This document shows positions 43,536 through 57,670 of a DNA stretch of 64,000 nt, one piece after another; the first letter of the stretch is position 1, and every line of letters begins with the position of its first letter. Location of the stretch: NCBI GenBank assembly GCA_030770535.1, contig JASVEC010000001.1:682001-746000 (forward strand). The letters run 5' to 3'. Source of the DNA: Batkoa obscura (Eukaryota). The notes beneath the pieces are model-generated. The model searched no databases, was not told the DNA's origin, and saw nothing but the letters and a program-made list of their open reading frames with translations. Position numbers and translations under genes: made by a program.

Positions 43536-45558
43536 CTTTTATTAATTTTATAATAGTGGTAAAAATTTGAATGAAAATATGATAGAGCTAAGGCGTATTT
43601 ATACTTTTTAATAGTATTGTTCGTTTTATAAGTCATGAGGTTTCAAACCTTTAGAATTTCAAAGAATTTTTTATTTTTAAGGCTTTTACACTTTTTAATT
43701 TAAATTTGTTAAAAATTTACCTTTTTATTGGCTCCATTTGATTCGATGATTATTTCAATTAGTTTATCAAAATGCATCGTGGTTACTTTTCATATATGCT
43801 ATGGCAATATTCATAGTACTAGAGAATAAATATAAAAACATAAAAAAGAGTAAAAAAGCTGTAGTTAAATTTTATAACTTTTGTTAATTTTGACCTTTTA
43901 ATTTAGCTATACACGAATAAAGTATTAGAAAGAATAGTGGATTCATAACAATTCATCCACATGATCTTCGAAATTTTAACTCTAATCTTTTTTTCTAAGT
44001 TTTGCAACCCAATTAAAAACTTCATTTTTAAGGGTCGCGCACTTTGCTATTGTCCTTGCTTAAGTTTAAACAAAACCTTTGTTTCATTAATCAAATTATA
44101 TTTATCAAATTCTTTAAAATACTCTTATTTCTTCTTTCTTATTTTTAAATAGCTTAATGGAACACATAATTCAAGCGCCCCTTTACTAAATCCTAAAACC
44201 AAGGCTTAGGTTGAGACTATATTGATATCGCTTGTATAAAAGTAGGCGTGAACATGAACTGTAATCAAAGGACAATAGATATTATTGACATTAACACCAA
44301 GTTTATTCGACTTAATACAACAATGATAAAAGACAATAACTAGAGGAAATAGGCATATAGAAAAAGCCATTGAATTAGAGGATATGTTTAGTGAAAATAG
44401 CGGGAATTATTGCGCATTTTTTAAGTTAATTGTAATTACAATAGGTAATAAAATGCTGATAACAGAAACAGAAATGAGAGAAAGTAAATTAAATTTGTAA
44501 GCTTTACTTTTAAACCGCATTTTTTTATAATTCTATCTTTACCACATTTATATAGTTTATCTAGATGAAAGAAGCAAATGAAATGTGTTTAAATTCATAG
44601 AAAATAAGGGTTGTGTTCCTGAATTCCTTAAAATAAAATACATTTTGAATTAATTGCATAGTAAACTAATAACAATCGAAAATGATCGACAGATAAAAAG
44701 ATTGAAATAAAAAATTGAAACAAAAAAACAACACTGTCTGGCATTTCTATGTAACCTAAACTCTCATCAAACTAAATGATGTTATAGTATAAAAGCATAA
44801 GATAATAATATGGATTAGATACATAGCACTACCTTAAACATTATTCGTTTTTATGAAAAAAATATTTTATCTTTATCCTAACAACTGAATATTAACTTTT
44901 ATATGGTTAATTTGAACTCAAGGCTCAACTTTGCTCCGATTTTGATTTACGCCTGCTTCAACTCTTTTGTGAGCTACTTGATATTCATTTATGAGTAAAC
45001 TTTATACTATAATTCAGATAAGATATAATAACCAGGGTTTGGAAAGTCAGTTGTAAATATTATTTAACTGTAAAAATCACCACTAAATAGTTTGCAAAAG
45101 AGTTAAAAGATCTGTATTACAAAAAAGGTAAATTAAGCATAAATACAAAGAAAATAAAAGCCACGTTTTTTTGTATTAAAGAAATTGTGTATAACTAAAG
45201 TTTGAATAAAAGACACTTTTATTTAAACTTTGGTTATGAAAAAATTAATTTTATATGTTCAAGAATGTGTAAAATTAGACATAAATTTAAAGCTAAAATT
45301 AAAAACAGTTTAATTTTAAATTTAATTTTACACATTTTGACTTATATAAATTATATTTTCGCTGTTTCACAAAACTAAAGCTATTTACATGAACTTGAAT
45401 AGTGTTTAAAAAATAAATAAAGCATTTTAAATACTATAATATAGCAAAAAAAAGGAAACAAATAGTGAAATTAAATATATAAAACTATTTATACTTTAAA
45501 GTTTTATATTATTATCAACAAAATAAACAAAAATGTTTAATCAATTTTTTTTAACAAT

Positions 45559-45664
45559 ATGTGGGGATGTATTTTTGTGTTTAAGAATTTTACTAACAAT
45601 TTTTCCGCTCAAATAGCGCTTAAAGGATGGAAAAAGTGATGAAGCCAAAAAAAACATCCCATGT
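45559..45664 (-). mobile_element. MITE family A, copy 6
   Basis: ATGT-GGGGATGTA...ACATCCC-ATGT; non-palindromic direct-repeat flanks. Confidence 0.88.
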
Positions 45665-45991
45665 AATCTCGTATCTAAAACCTCACTATTTAGATATTTT
45701 ATTAAAGATAAAACAAGAAGCCTATAGTATAGCTTGGTGTTAGTTATTTAAAACGTCTTACAAAAAAACTAAATAATTTTGATAAATGTTTTCATTTAAT
45801 CTAATATCTGTAATCATAAAAAAGACTTTTACTTATTGATTTTACTAATAAGAATTTAATTTTTTCTAAAACAACAGTTTATACTTTTACATAAAAATAT
45901 TAAAAAACATAAAGCAAACTTGATAAAAGTAAATAGGAGTATACATTAAATATTTTATAATGATATCCAGATATAATTGAAAGATTAATAA

Positions 45992-46094
45992 AATAATACG
46001 TATTTTCTGTTAAACAATTTTATTAATAGCCTTATACACTCAAAAGCGCTTAAAAACTGATCAGAATAATGAAACCAAAAAAGACATCCTCATA
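45992..46094 (-). mobile_element. MITE family A, copy 7 (degenerate)
   Basis: CTCAAAAGCGCTTAAAAA..ATGAAACCAAAAAAGACATCCTCAT. Confidence 0.6.
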
Positions 46095-47184
46095 ACTTTT
46101 ATAACTTTTTTATATAATTTAGTAGGCATATAATTTACTTTTATTATCCTTTATTTCATTAATAGATCTTTATATAATGCGACATTTTTTTCTGATTTGC
46201 TTTTATTTATTGCTTTATATCACTACTTTTTTGAATAAGATCAACTTGGAAGGATTATCAATAACTATTTACGGTATTTTAAAAAAAGGAAGTAACGTGA
46301 TTTTTTTTAAATCTTGAAGGAGTTTTGGCTCCCAAGTGATTCATTGTTGGAGGTGAGTAGAAATACAAGAGAACTGAGCGACAAGTGAAATGGGAGCTAG
46401 TCGAGGATGAGAAGGGAGCAAAGTAGGACTTTCATAACTTAATTTCAATGTGTGCTCAAGCCTAAGATATAAAAATACTATTAATAAACACTTAAGTTAA
46501 GCTATGGTTTTTGAGATTAACAGTTTAGTTCTTTAAACTATGTGTTCCAAATTAAAAAATAAAAGCTATGTTCCAATTAGCTATTGGAATAAATAAGAAA
46601 TTATTCGAATATTTCGAGGATTATAAGAATATATCTATTAAAAAACAATGGTTTAAATCAAATTCGAGTTTGATTTGATAATTAGTAAAATTAGCGAACT
46701 TTAATGCGATGTTCTTATTGGCCTGCTAGACTTAATCTTTAACAATTGCTTCAAATTTAGTTAGAAGATCATAAGGATGAAATATTACGAATTTATTATT
46801 ACTTTATAAATACTTTATCCTTGCAAGGTTGAATTAAGCCTTAATATCAATCAAAAGGTCAGTATAGTTTTTACTCTCTTATGTAGACTATTTATACTTC
46901 AAAAGTGTAAATAGTTGTCTAAACTGTATGAAAAGTGATCACAGATACTGATAAGCTAAATGAAATTAATCATTGAACAAACTGCAGCCAATGAAAAACA
47001 AAACTTCCAACGGATTTGAATTAAAAATAGTATATAAACCATATAAATAACAGCAATTCTTTAAATTCCCAAAGGTCAAAAATCTCATGGCTAATAATAA
47101 ACTATGGTACTAAAAAGTATAAATACACATTAACATAAATAAATTTTAGTTTAATTATTAACAATATTATAAAATTAATAAAGG

Positions 47185-48663
47185 ATGAAAGCCAATTTCT
47201 CTTTAATCATTCTACTCTTAGCTCTTGAGCTAGTTACTGCCGTTAACCTTGTGCCCCCAGAGTTAACTATTAATGATATCGTAGCCCCAGAAGTTCTCAA
47301 TGTAAACTCACGTATGGCTAGTATTGCTTCAGATGATTATCAACCAGGTGTTTACAATCCCCAGTTTTTTGATCAGTCAATCGACCATATCAAAAATGAT
47401 TCATTCAAACAAAGATACTATGTCAATGCTGATTATTACAAGCCAGGAGGTCCTTCCTTCCTTTATATTTCTGGAGAAGCTGCTAACTCCGCCACCAAAG
47501 TATCCCGTGGTCTTGGTGCTTATTTAGCTAAAAAACATAATGGTATTTTATTCTCTTTAGAACATCGTTATTATGGTGTATCGTTACCGTTTAAAAACCT
47601 TACCGCTGCCAATTTAAAATACTTATCTTCAGACTATGGATTAAAGGATTTGGCTGCATTTGCACAAAAGGTAGAGAACCCGGTGACTAAAGGAAGGTTA
47701 GTAGATACCAAATGGTATGCTATTGGTGGATCCTATGCTGGTGCTATGGCCGCTTGGATCCGTCAAGATCGCCCTGATCTTTTTGATGGTGCTATTGCCT
47801 CCAGTGGCCCAGTTGAAGCTAAATCTGACTTTTTCGAGTATGATCTTACTGTTGGTAAAGTACTTGGTGAACAATGTTTAGATACTATGAATGAAGTTAC
47901 TCAATATGTTGATAAACTTTATGAAACCGATAAAGCCAGATTTTCACAAATCAAAAATAGCTTGGGTTGTCAAGACTTAAAAGATGATGTTCAATTCCTT
48001 TATACTGTTGCTGATACTTTAGCTTACATGGTACAATATAGTCGTCCAACTTCCAACCCTTCAGTAACTTCTTTCTGTGATGGTTTCAAGAACAAGATCT
48101 CAGTAGAAGACAAATTAAAGAATGTAGTTGATACCTTCCAATTATTTTATAAAAACAATGGATTCACCTGCCCTGCTTTTGCTTCCGAAAGTGATTTGCT
48201 TAATCAAATACCCGGTGAACGTTCCAACATGCGCCAATGGAACTACCAATGCTGTACTGAGTTTGGATACTGGCAAACTGCCCCATCTGCAAAGGTATCT
48301 GCACAAAAATCTACTCGTTCTAAATATTTAACTGTTGATTGGTTCAACACTTTTTTCTGCTCTAGTAGATATTATGGTAAATATGTAGGACCACCAAACA
48401 CAAGCCATATCAATTACCGCCATGCTGGTAAATATATCGGCACAGATCGTATCATTTTCACTAATGGTGAAAAAGACCCTTGGACCCAATTATCTATTGA
48501 TGATGTAAAGCAATCTAGATACAATCGCCCTGTCATGGTAATTAAAGATGGTTCTCATGTTACTGATTTGGGCACCCCAAATCCTAATAATACTCAGTCT
48601 TTACAAGATACTCAAAAGGTCATGATTGATACCATTGATCGTTGGATTAATCGTAGATATTAA
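47185..48663 (+). CDS. Secreted S28 serine peptidase, copy 2 (inverted duplicate)
   Basis: Same motifs as copy 1 and long stretches identical to it. Confidence 0.95.
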   Translation: MKANFSLIILLLALELVTAVNLVPPELTINDIVAPEVLNVNSRMASIASDDYQPGVYNPQFFDQSIDHIKNDSFKQRYYVNADYYKPGGPSFLYISGEAANSATKVSRGLGAYLAKKHNGILFSLEHRYYGVSLPFKNLTAANLKYLSSDYGLKDLAAFAQKVENPVTKGRLVDTKWYAIGGSYAGAMAAWIRQDRPDLFDGAIASSGPVEAKSDFFEYDLTVGKVLGEQCLDTMNEVTQYVDKLYETDKARFSQIKNSLGCQDLKDDVQFLYTVADTLAYMVQYSRPTSNPSVTSFCDGFKNKISVEDKLKNVVDTFQLFYKNNGFTCPAFASESDLLNQIPGERSNMRQWNYQCCTEFGYWQTAPSAKVSAQKSTRSKYLTVDWFNTFFCSSRYYGKYVGPPNTSHINYRHAGKYIGTDRIIFTNGEKDPWTQLSIDDVKQSRYNRPVMVIKDGSHVTDLGTPNPNNTQSLQDTQKVMIDTIDRWINRRY

Positions 48664-49508
48664 AAGTAATGTGAATTAATAAACGTTATTTGAATTGTAC
48701 ATATTCTATAATTGTGAAATAGATCAAAAGTACATCTTTTGATTTTGAACATAAAAAATATTAATATTTATAAGACTAGCAGTTTTGATATACTCGCTTT
48801 ATACAACTATTAATAAATTGACATTGGGTGAATTTAATATTACCAAGAATTTTTAGTTAAAGTACAACAAATATATTTGTAAACTATTTAAAATTAAGAA
48901 AACTTTTTCAGGATTATACGGTTATGTATCCACATCTTATTTCAGGAAGATGCAGAGATACCATATAGCTAACATAACCCATTTCCCCCTAACAGTAAAG
49001 TTTACTAACTGAGTCGTTAGCTAATAAGCTCATCAAAGAAACTACAATACAACTTAAAACCATTTAGGGCCTTAATGCTGTTTTCCAGGAGCTAAAAGCA
49101 ATTAGATAAAATAAAAGTAAATACTTATTATCCTTCTACCGTTGCAGCCGATAAACAGATATTAATAGATATGTCATTAGTTTACATCCAATCAGCATGG
49201 TACGTTTATGAGCTAAAGCCCAAGGTAGTCATGAAAGCTGATAAAACGAACTCAATTACTATGATTCCTTAATAAAAATCGAGTTTTTCTGAAAGGACTA
49301 ACTTTAGTATTTATAAAACAGATATTTCATATTCATCTAAAACGCGAAATTTTACTTGAGATTTTTTACACTATCATAAAGCATATAAAATCAATTTACA
49401 TTATATTTTATTTATATCTCAAAATGTGATTATAACCCGCATCACTTAATAACCTTATATACCGAATCAATAAAACATTTTTAATATGCCATGACTTTCA
49501 CCAACCTT

Positions 49509-52086
49509 TTAAAAATAGGTCATTTTCTGAGGTTGAGAATTACGATCTAACAGCTCAATCATTGAATCATTACCCCTAGAAGTAATTTGTTGAATGGAGC
49601 TTTCACTAACCATGGATCCCGGAGTGGTCCTTCCTGATTCTGGGAAAGCAAACTTACCTGGTGAAAACATATCAGCATTCTGAGCAGTCAAGTGGCTGAC
49701 CTTTTCTAATTCCGGTATAGCGTTCAAAACAATAGGATCCACTTCGAGAGACAATAATTCTTGAGAAAATGCTGGATGATGGAACTGAGAATTGAAATCT
49801 ATTGGACGTGGTGAATTCTGGTCCTTTTTACCATCGTAATTTCTATAAGGTGAACGCCAATCAATATACTCTACTTTAGAGTCTAACCATGCTTGATGTA
49901 CTAAAGAAGCTACTAAAGTGATAAATGGAAGTGGTAGAACACTCATCCATTGAGTGTCGCTTACTTCTATACATAAAAACACTAAAAGCAAAAAGAATTG
50001 AGATAGGATAAGTGCAGCTACAATTCGATTAAAAGCTGTTTTCCATAACCTACCTCCCGTTTCAATACTGGTTTGATAAACATACATGAGTTGGTGTTTA
50101 TATACAAAATAAGCAACAAGTGAATTAACAATACCAAAAGGAATGACTAAAGGTGCAGGCGTAGCAAACAATAAAATCAAACTAAAATTAAAACATTGCA
50201 TAGCGTAGATAACAGAATATTCAAAAGGTTGAGGTTGACTAAATTCTTTAAGATCTCTTGAAGAATATCTCAAAAAATACTTTTGAATCGTACGTCGAAT
50301 CATACTAATGATTTGAACCAACTCAAACAAATAACTTAGTGTTTTGATAGATAATTGATTTGCCCAAAAAGCAGACACTTTTACCAACCCCAAAGCTAAG
50401 CTGGTGCCTGCCGATTTTATTACATTCCGGAAATTCTCTAAAAAGTTATTCGAACTGGTAGTATCTACCTTCAACAAGGCTCCTATTAAATCTGGTAACA
50501 CTGCAATTAAATTGAAAAATATCAAATAGTTAAGTATTAAAAAGGAATAGTATTTTGATAATAAGCGTCGATCTACTGAACTATGTGTTGTTGCACCTTG
50601 ATAAATAGATAACCTTTTTAAAATAAACTGTACAGTAAGCATAGAAGCTATCACAAGAATAGGGGAAATGATACCTTGCAATAAAACAGAAGAAGCGGTA
50701 TCTCTGGCCAACTCACTATTACCAGTGATGGTACGAAGATGGGTAGGATTGGTTAAACCAGTGATAATAGTTAACGGGATGATACTCCCCAATAAAATAG
50801 CTATAAATATAACACTAAAAATCAGCCCATTTTTACGTACCTTTTGACGCGAATATTGGGCATTGTTCCAGATCAGATCATCCGGTTTAGGCGCAAGGGC
50901 AAACTCTGGGATATCTTTGAGTCCATTTAATTTAGAGCCTACTCCCTTTTCAAGCTCTTGCATAGAAACATGTGCTGCAAAAGCATCCTGGAATGAAATA
51001 AACGCTACATTAGAAGGTGGTAAATTACCCGCATAATCTCTTATCTCTCTAATCTCTACATCAAGTTCAAGGATCCTCTTAGTATAATAAATGATGGAAT
51101 CTACTTTTTCGCCTCGCTTAAATAAACCTGGAACTTTTAAATGGTGTGTTGGACGTGATGGTTTAATGTTTCCAGATTTATCGATATATCTAGTTACTAC
51201 CGTTTCCAGCTTACGTACACATTGATTGTATTCAAAAATAAGCTCCGGTAAGTGACCAACTTTAGGGATGATGGAACATTGAAGGGCTTCATATCTTAAA
51301 TCTAAATTATTGATCATATTTTTCAAAACCTCTTGGTCTTGAAGATGCTCCGGTATACGAAGCGCCATTATAGTCCTACCATTGAGAGACTCTTGATACT
51401 CTTTTGAATTAAAATACTCATGACGTAAGTTAATATATTCCACATTATTTCGGTAAATTAGATATCCAACTAGCAAGACTGAAAACCAAGCAAATACCAC
51501 TGAGCCCCAAATAAGGTTGCGTTGATTTTCTCCAAACCCAGAAAGACTGAGCAATTGTAAATTAAAACCACCAAACCCTGATTTGCCAGAATCTTTGATA
51601 CTTGAATCTATACTTTTATTACCTGTACTTCCAAAGTAATTGATCACAGTTAAAGCAATCCCAAATAAAAATACTGATAAACAGTAGGTTATAATCAGCT
51701 TTACAAATCTTAGAAACATAACAGCATCTAAACCACAAACTTGTAGGATCTCTGCTTCCGTCGTCCGCCATACTGGTCGTATCCAATCAAATAAACCAGA
51801 TCCAAGCTTTGGAAATTTTTTACTATTTTAAGTTAGTATTGTTTTTTTTTAGTTTACTTTGTAATTTACTTTTTATCTAGCAGTTTTTGTCTTCGATGGT
51901 AAACAGCTAAAAAATCAATAAAATTTTGGAATGAAATTATATTTTATTACCTCCGTTATTTGGCCTTAAAATAGAAAAAATGACAAAGATACTAGCACCG
52001 ATACATAGATTGATACCATTTTGATATAAAAAAGACTCCACGGACACTGTATCTTTTTTAGATATTGAATCTAGTAAACCACTCAT
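49509..52086 (-). CDS. OSCA/TMEM63/CSC1 osmo- or mechanosensitive cation channel
   Basis: Two small 5' exons (MSGLL..FSILRPNNG; AVYHRRQK) splice to FDWIRP..GLDAVMFLRF; AFISF, LAPKPDDLIWNN, YKHQLMYVY, ETGGRLW. Confidence 0.93.
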
Positions 52087-53716
52087 TAAATTAATTAAAG
52101 TAAAAAATTATAAATTATTTTTTTAAGAACAAAGTATAAAAAAATAAAATCAATTATTTTTTAATTTATGGAGAAAAGTGGATTTCTTTATTTTAAGTTC
52201 CTTGGTTCAGAGATTTGATTGGTGAGTTGGAACTATTAATAAATTTAAGCTCATTTATTAGAAGGCATTCTAACAATGGTGTTTTCATGATTTTTTCATA
52301 TATTTTCTTGATGAATTCACTTTCAGGTTATGAAGTTTTAAATTGTTATTTTTAGATTAGAGGAAGCATTTAATTGGTAACTGGTATAACAAGAAATAAA
52401 TTACAAAAATAAAGAATATATAAGAAAGTTTATTTTTAATAAAGATAACCAATGATTTCCCTATTTTAAGAATAAAGGTTGATGTTAAAAAACCAATTGC
52501 ACATGGATGTAACACTAGCTACGTGTCCTGTCTCTCCCATATTTCAATATCTTAATTCTATTGCTAATAAAGCCATTTTAGGAATTAAAGCATCATTTTA
52601 ACTTATAAATCTACTCGCAATAACGTAAACTAATAAAGACTATCTTTCTACTTTTTAAAAAATGTGTCAGTACTTAAATAAGAAGCATAGAATTAAGTTG
52701 TAATTGTGGTTGACATCTCAAATTCGATGAGCTATTTAAAAAGAGTTGAGGGCCCATGAACTCGATATCTTTAGTACATTTCGGGATATGGACCTACAGC
52801 GTCCTCCTATTGACTAGGCATTGTTCGAAGTAGAGATATTTTGCTTCGAATTTTAGTCTAGTGGCCCTGACTAAACTGCTAGCTCTGATTATTATAATTC
52901 ATTATATTAGTTTCTTTGATGGAGCTTATTATTTGAATTATTATGGCTAATAAGAGTACTGCTAGAGTAAAGCACTTTGCGCTATCTACTTATACCTAAC
53001 ATAAAGAGCAGAGAAAGACGTACAGTTTTATTAAGAAAAAACCAAGCTGTTCTCAATATTAAATCCCTAACTTTATAAAGAAATGGCATAGCTAATGAGT
53101 TATATGTAAGCCTTGTAAATATATTAATACACATATAAGATAAAAATATTTGTGTACTAATTTATTGAACTTATTCTGATAATAATTTTAAATATATTTA
53201 TAATGAAAAAAGTTGATTTAAATTACTACAATATAAACAATGTTTAAATAAATTTAAATATAATTTATGAAATGGTATCTTAGAAAATGCCCAAATGATA
53301 GCATATGAGTTAATCAGAAGGTAAAAAAACATATTAAGATTAACTTAGTATTATAAATTATATTTTTGAAAAATGAAATAAAGTTTCAACTGAATTTAGT
53401 TTTATATAGAACTGTTTTTTAAAATATACTAAGCTAATAAGTTATTAATTGAGAAACCAGACATTAACAAGTTGATAGGATTTCAAATATAGTAATAGTT
53501 TTTTAATGAAAGTTATAATTTATTCAGAACCACTGTTTTTATTAAATTAGAGCAATCTCATATAGAAAATTAATATAAAATATAATTGTCATAATATGTA
53601 ATTGCCATTTTTTATCACTTTAAAAAAAAGTAGTGAATAATAGTTGATTAATAAAATAGAGGTCGATGTAAATAGATGTAAGAAACTAATTAACATATTG
53701 GTAAAACGAGAAGAAC

Positions 53717-53819
53717 AATCGGTGATGTTTTTCTGGTTTCATCACTTTTCCCATTTAAGTGCTATTTGAGCGGAAAGATTGTTAGTAAAATTCTTAAACA
53801 AAAAAATATATACCCATAT
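53717..53819 (+). mobile_element. MITE family A, copy 8
   Basis: GGTGATGTTTTTCTGGTTTCATCAC..GAGCGGAAAGATTGTTAGTAAAATTCTTAAAC..TACCC-ATAT. Confidence 0.8.
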
Positions 53820-54159
53820 CTTTTATATTATCTTTACTAAACTCAAGTATTATTATTTTTTATAATAGTAAAAAATAATTATTACTATAAGTAGTATTAC
53901 TGGAAAAAAAGATCAATGGTGCATAGAATATTTATATGTTTAAAAAATAAAATAAACTTTTACTGTTTTATGTATTATATATATTTATTAAAACGTTTTA
54001 TTTGTTTTAAACAGTTGGTTTATAGTCTAACTATTATTTAATACAGAAATAGTCTAATTTTTAAGTTATTATATTTATACCAATTAGATAAATGGTATTT
54101 ATCAGCTATAATAAGAATAAAATTGAATCTCCTATCCATGGGAGCTAACCTCTTAGATA

Positions 54160-54750
54160 AAAATAGCTTATTGTTTATTACCTTGTTATAACAAACTAGG
54201 TTTTTTAAGATTTCTAGTATTTATTATAACTATTTGAGTTGAAATTTCACCAATTGTAAAACCACTTTTATCAAAGTCAAATATGTTGTTATTATAAATG
54301 TCATGTTTATCAACTGTATGCTTTACACATTCAAAACAATCTGTAAGCACCTTAATATCTTAATTCTTGCTCCTTTTATAATCATATTTCCTACCAAAAC
54401 AAGCTCGTAGCTCCTCTGTCTGCTTTTTTATAAAACTAATAACTTATCTTTTTCCTACTGGGTGTGAGTTACATTTGGCAAGAAATTGGTTAGTTGTTTA
54501 TTTAGCATTAGTGTACTTAGAAGGAAATCGTCTGGAATATAAGTTAATAATATGACCAACAACTACACTCTCCTCCAGCTTTGTTAATCTTTGAGTATGG
54601 CAAATATTATCTGCTTTTAAAGGTGTATCATTGATTCTACAAGTGGGTATAGTTGAACTAGCAGAAGACAACAAAGAGGCAGCTTTGCTTGGTAGTTTTG
54701 GATCGCTTTTAACAGCTTGGATGGCCAAGTTTATGTTCTTATGATCTGTT
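54160..54750 (-). mobile_element. Fot1/pogo (Tc5, CENP-B HTH) transposase relic, N-terminal part
   Basis: LAIQAVKSDPKL..QRLTKLEESVVV..SRRFP, PVGKR*V.SFIKK, RKYDYKR, IFDFDKSGF, KPSLL*QGNKQ; multiple stops. Confidence 0.85.
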
Positions 54751-54974
54751 TTATTTTTCGTTTTAAAAAAATATGCAAAAAATCAATTTTTGATATAGTT
54801 TTTATTGAAAATTTCTGAATTGGTTTATTGAGATCACCGTTTTAGAGAGCTATGCTACTCAATAATTAAAATCAATATAAGTTCGTAAAAAAAGTAAAAA
54901 AAGGTTTGTAAACAAAATTTTATAATATAAAAACAATAAACATAAAACCAATTATTAAAGTTATCAATATGAAA

Positions 54975-57382
54975 TCATTTTAATACTTTAAGTTTAATAG
55001 TTTCTATCTTTTCGCACTTAAAACAATTCACAGTATGATTTGTTTTCAAGTTAATCACCTTTTCTAACTCCTTGACCTTAGCCATTATTCTTAATACTGT
55101 AGAATCCACTTCTATATCTAATAATTGAAAGTAACTAGCTTGTTTAAAACCTTTCATAAAATCTTGTTTTTTCCTCTCCTACTTCTCCGTCCTATATAGT
55201 ACTCTCCAATCCATAAAATTAGCACTTGCATTCAACCAAGCATTATAAGTCACAGCTAATACCAAAGTAAAAAAAAGGCAATGGAAGTACCGAATACTAT
55301 TAGTTATTAGTAAATTGCCCTCTACCAAAAACAGATGGTAAAAAAAATTGAGATACAATTAAAGAAGCAATCACTCGATTGACTACTGTTTTCCATAATC
55401 TAGTACCAGATTCTATTCTTGTTTAATATTGGTTTAATATTTGATATTTATAAATAAATATCCAATTGTTCAATTGATGATTACAAATGGAATTATAATA
55501 GGTGAGGAGGTAGCTAATAACAATAAAATACTTAAATTAAAACATTGACGTGCATAATTGACAGGGTAATCAAAAGGCTAAGGAGAAGTGAACGATTTAA
55601 GTACACATGGTGAGTAATAAAGAGTATAGTTAGGAATTATACATTTAAAAAAATTTATGATTTTTATAAATTCTACTAAATAACCTAAACAACTGACAGC
55701 TAATTGATTAATCCAAAATGCAGAAGCAATAATAATATTGTCTGTTGTTTTAGTGGTAATATATATAATCAAATGACGGCTTGTTTCTATAAACCCTTTC
55801 GATGAAAGGATACTAGCCCATTGTATATGTTTTATTACGCCTGGCAAAACGGTTATTACATTGATTACTATTAAATAATTAATTAATAAAAAAGCAAAAC
55901 ATTTGGACAATAGTCTTCGATCTACAGAACTATGGGTGTTTGCTCCTTGACTAATTGACAATTTTCTTAAAACATATTGCATAATTAGCATGGCCCATAA
56001 TGTGGATAATGGAGATGCAATACCATCTAGTAGCACCGTTGCAGCCACTTTGGTATCCAGATGCCACTTATTTTCAGTAATCAAATTGATGAAAGTAGTA
56101 ATTGGTAAGCCAGTAACAATGGGGATTGGAATTGCGGCTAATAATAAAATAATCAAGAAAATCAAGGTATAAAAAACATATTTTTTCGTTCTATTTTCGT
56201 AGCTGGATGTGGTGCCAATATAAAATCAGGTGGATTAATTATACTTTCTAATTTGGGACCTGTGCCCCTCTCTAATTCTTGAATAGCAAAGTGTACTTTG
56301 TATAGATCTTTAAAATAAATAAAACCCATAGTTAGTAATTGATTCAATTGTCTTAAATGGGGTTGTATGTTTTCATTGAGTTATAAAAGTTGACGGAAAT
56401 AGTATCAAATCGATTTAGTTTATTTTCCGTTTTGATAAAGAATAGCTTTTTTAAGTTTATTTTTAAAATCGATTTGTTTCTAGTAACCTGATTTATCTAC
56501 GTTTACTGTCAATTTCATTCTACTTCTTCTATCAAAGAATTGTATTTTTTAACATGTTGAGCGAGCTTTGACACTTTGGACACTACAAAACAACCTCTAG
56601 CTTTAAATCTTAAATTCAACTCATCTACAAATCTCTTGAACTTTTATTGATCTCTCAACTCCATTGGTAAATTCAATACCATAATTCCTAAACTACTATC
56701 CAGCTCTATATACTTTTCTGATTCAAAATAAACCTGCCTCAGGTGAATATGTTCCAAACTATACTTAGAAGAAACTAAATAGCAACAGCTACAACCCAAG
56801 AAAAAGTAGCATTAGCCCAAATTACATTACTTCCCGATTGGCCCAATAGATTAAATACTTGTAAATTGGACTCCCAACTGGAATCTTTTGGATCTAACTC
56901 TTCATTCCAATTACCAAAAAAATAACTGAATATGATTAATATTATTGCAAAAGGAAATAATACTAAGCTGAAAGTCAATACCAAATGAATGAATCTTAAA
57001 AACATATAAACATCTAAACCATACATTTTTAAAATTTTATCTTCCGTTGTGTACTACATTGGGTAGATCCAATCGAAAAAATCTTGACCGGCTTGGAGTT
57101 TTGCTTTCTAGTTGTATTAAATTAGTTTTATCTCTTTATTCCTTTACTATTTACCGAAATCCTTCGGTTTTTTCGGTCTATCGTAAATAGCTAGTATTAA
57201 AGTACAATTAATAAAAGTTACTGTTTAATACATAATTGGATTACTGTTATCGAAAGCTTTTAGTATCGAGAATAGTAGTAATAAAAATAAAGCTATCAAC
57301 ACACACATTAAATTCTGATAGATAAAGGAGTCGAGGGTTACTTTGATTTCTCCTTTCAAAAATAGCCAAGGAAGTCTAACAT
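54975..57382 (-). pseudogene. Tandem OSCA/CSC1 paralog, pseudogene
   Basis: YGLDVYMFLRF, ILAPHP, SISQGANTHSSVDRRLLSK, ESGTRLWKT; 5' exon layout similar to 49509-52086; many stops and frameshifts. Confidence 0.88.
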
Positions 57383-57567
57383 TACAAGATATTATTGGGT
57401 ACAGATTAAGAAAATAAGTAAAATTTAAAAAAAGTGAATCAAGTAATATTTATTATTTATTTATAGCTTTTGTTTTCTTTTGCGCTATTACATAAATTAC
57501 TTTTTAGATTTGTATTATTCGTTTATGTTGATTATTAAGGGAAGTAAATCTATTTAGGGTTTTTTAA

Positions 57568-57670
57568 ATAAAGGGATGCATTTTTTGTTTAAGAATTTTA
57601 CTAACAATTTTTCCACTTAAGTAGCACTTAAAAGATGGAAAAAGTGAAGTCAAAAAAAATACTCCTATAT
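57568..57670 (-). mobile_element. MITE family A, copy 9
   Basis: GGGATGCATTTTTTGTTTAAGAATTTTACTAACAATTTTTCC..GGAAAAAGTGAAG..CTCCT-ATAT. Confidence 0.8.

Noticed and set aside
48950..49260. Possible Copia RNase H relic (HADW, SSWK)
   Set aside because: Motifs too degenerate.
52740..53030. GC-richer patch with a TTCGAAG..CTTCGAA hairpin as ncRNA
   Set aside because: No recognisable RNA family motifs and no second copy in the window.
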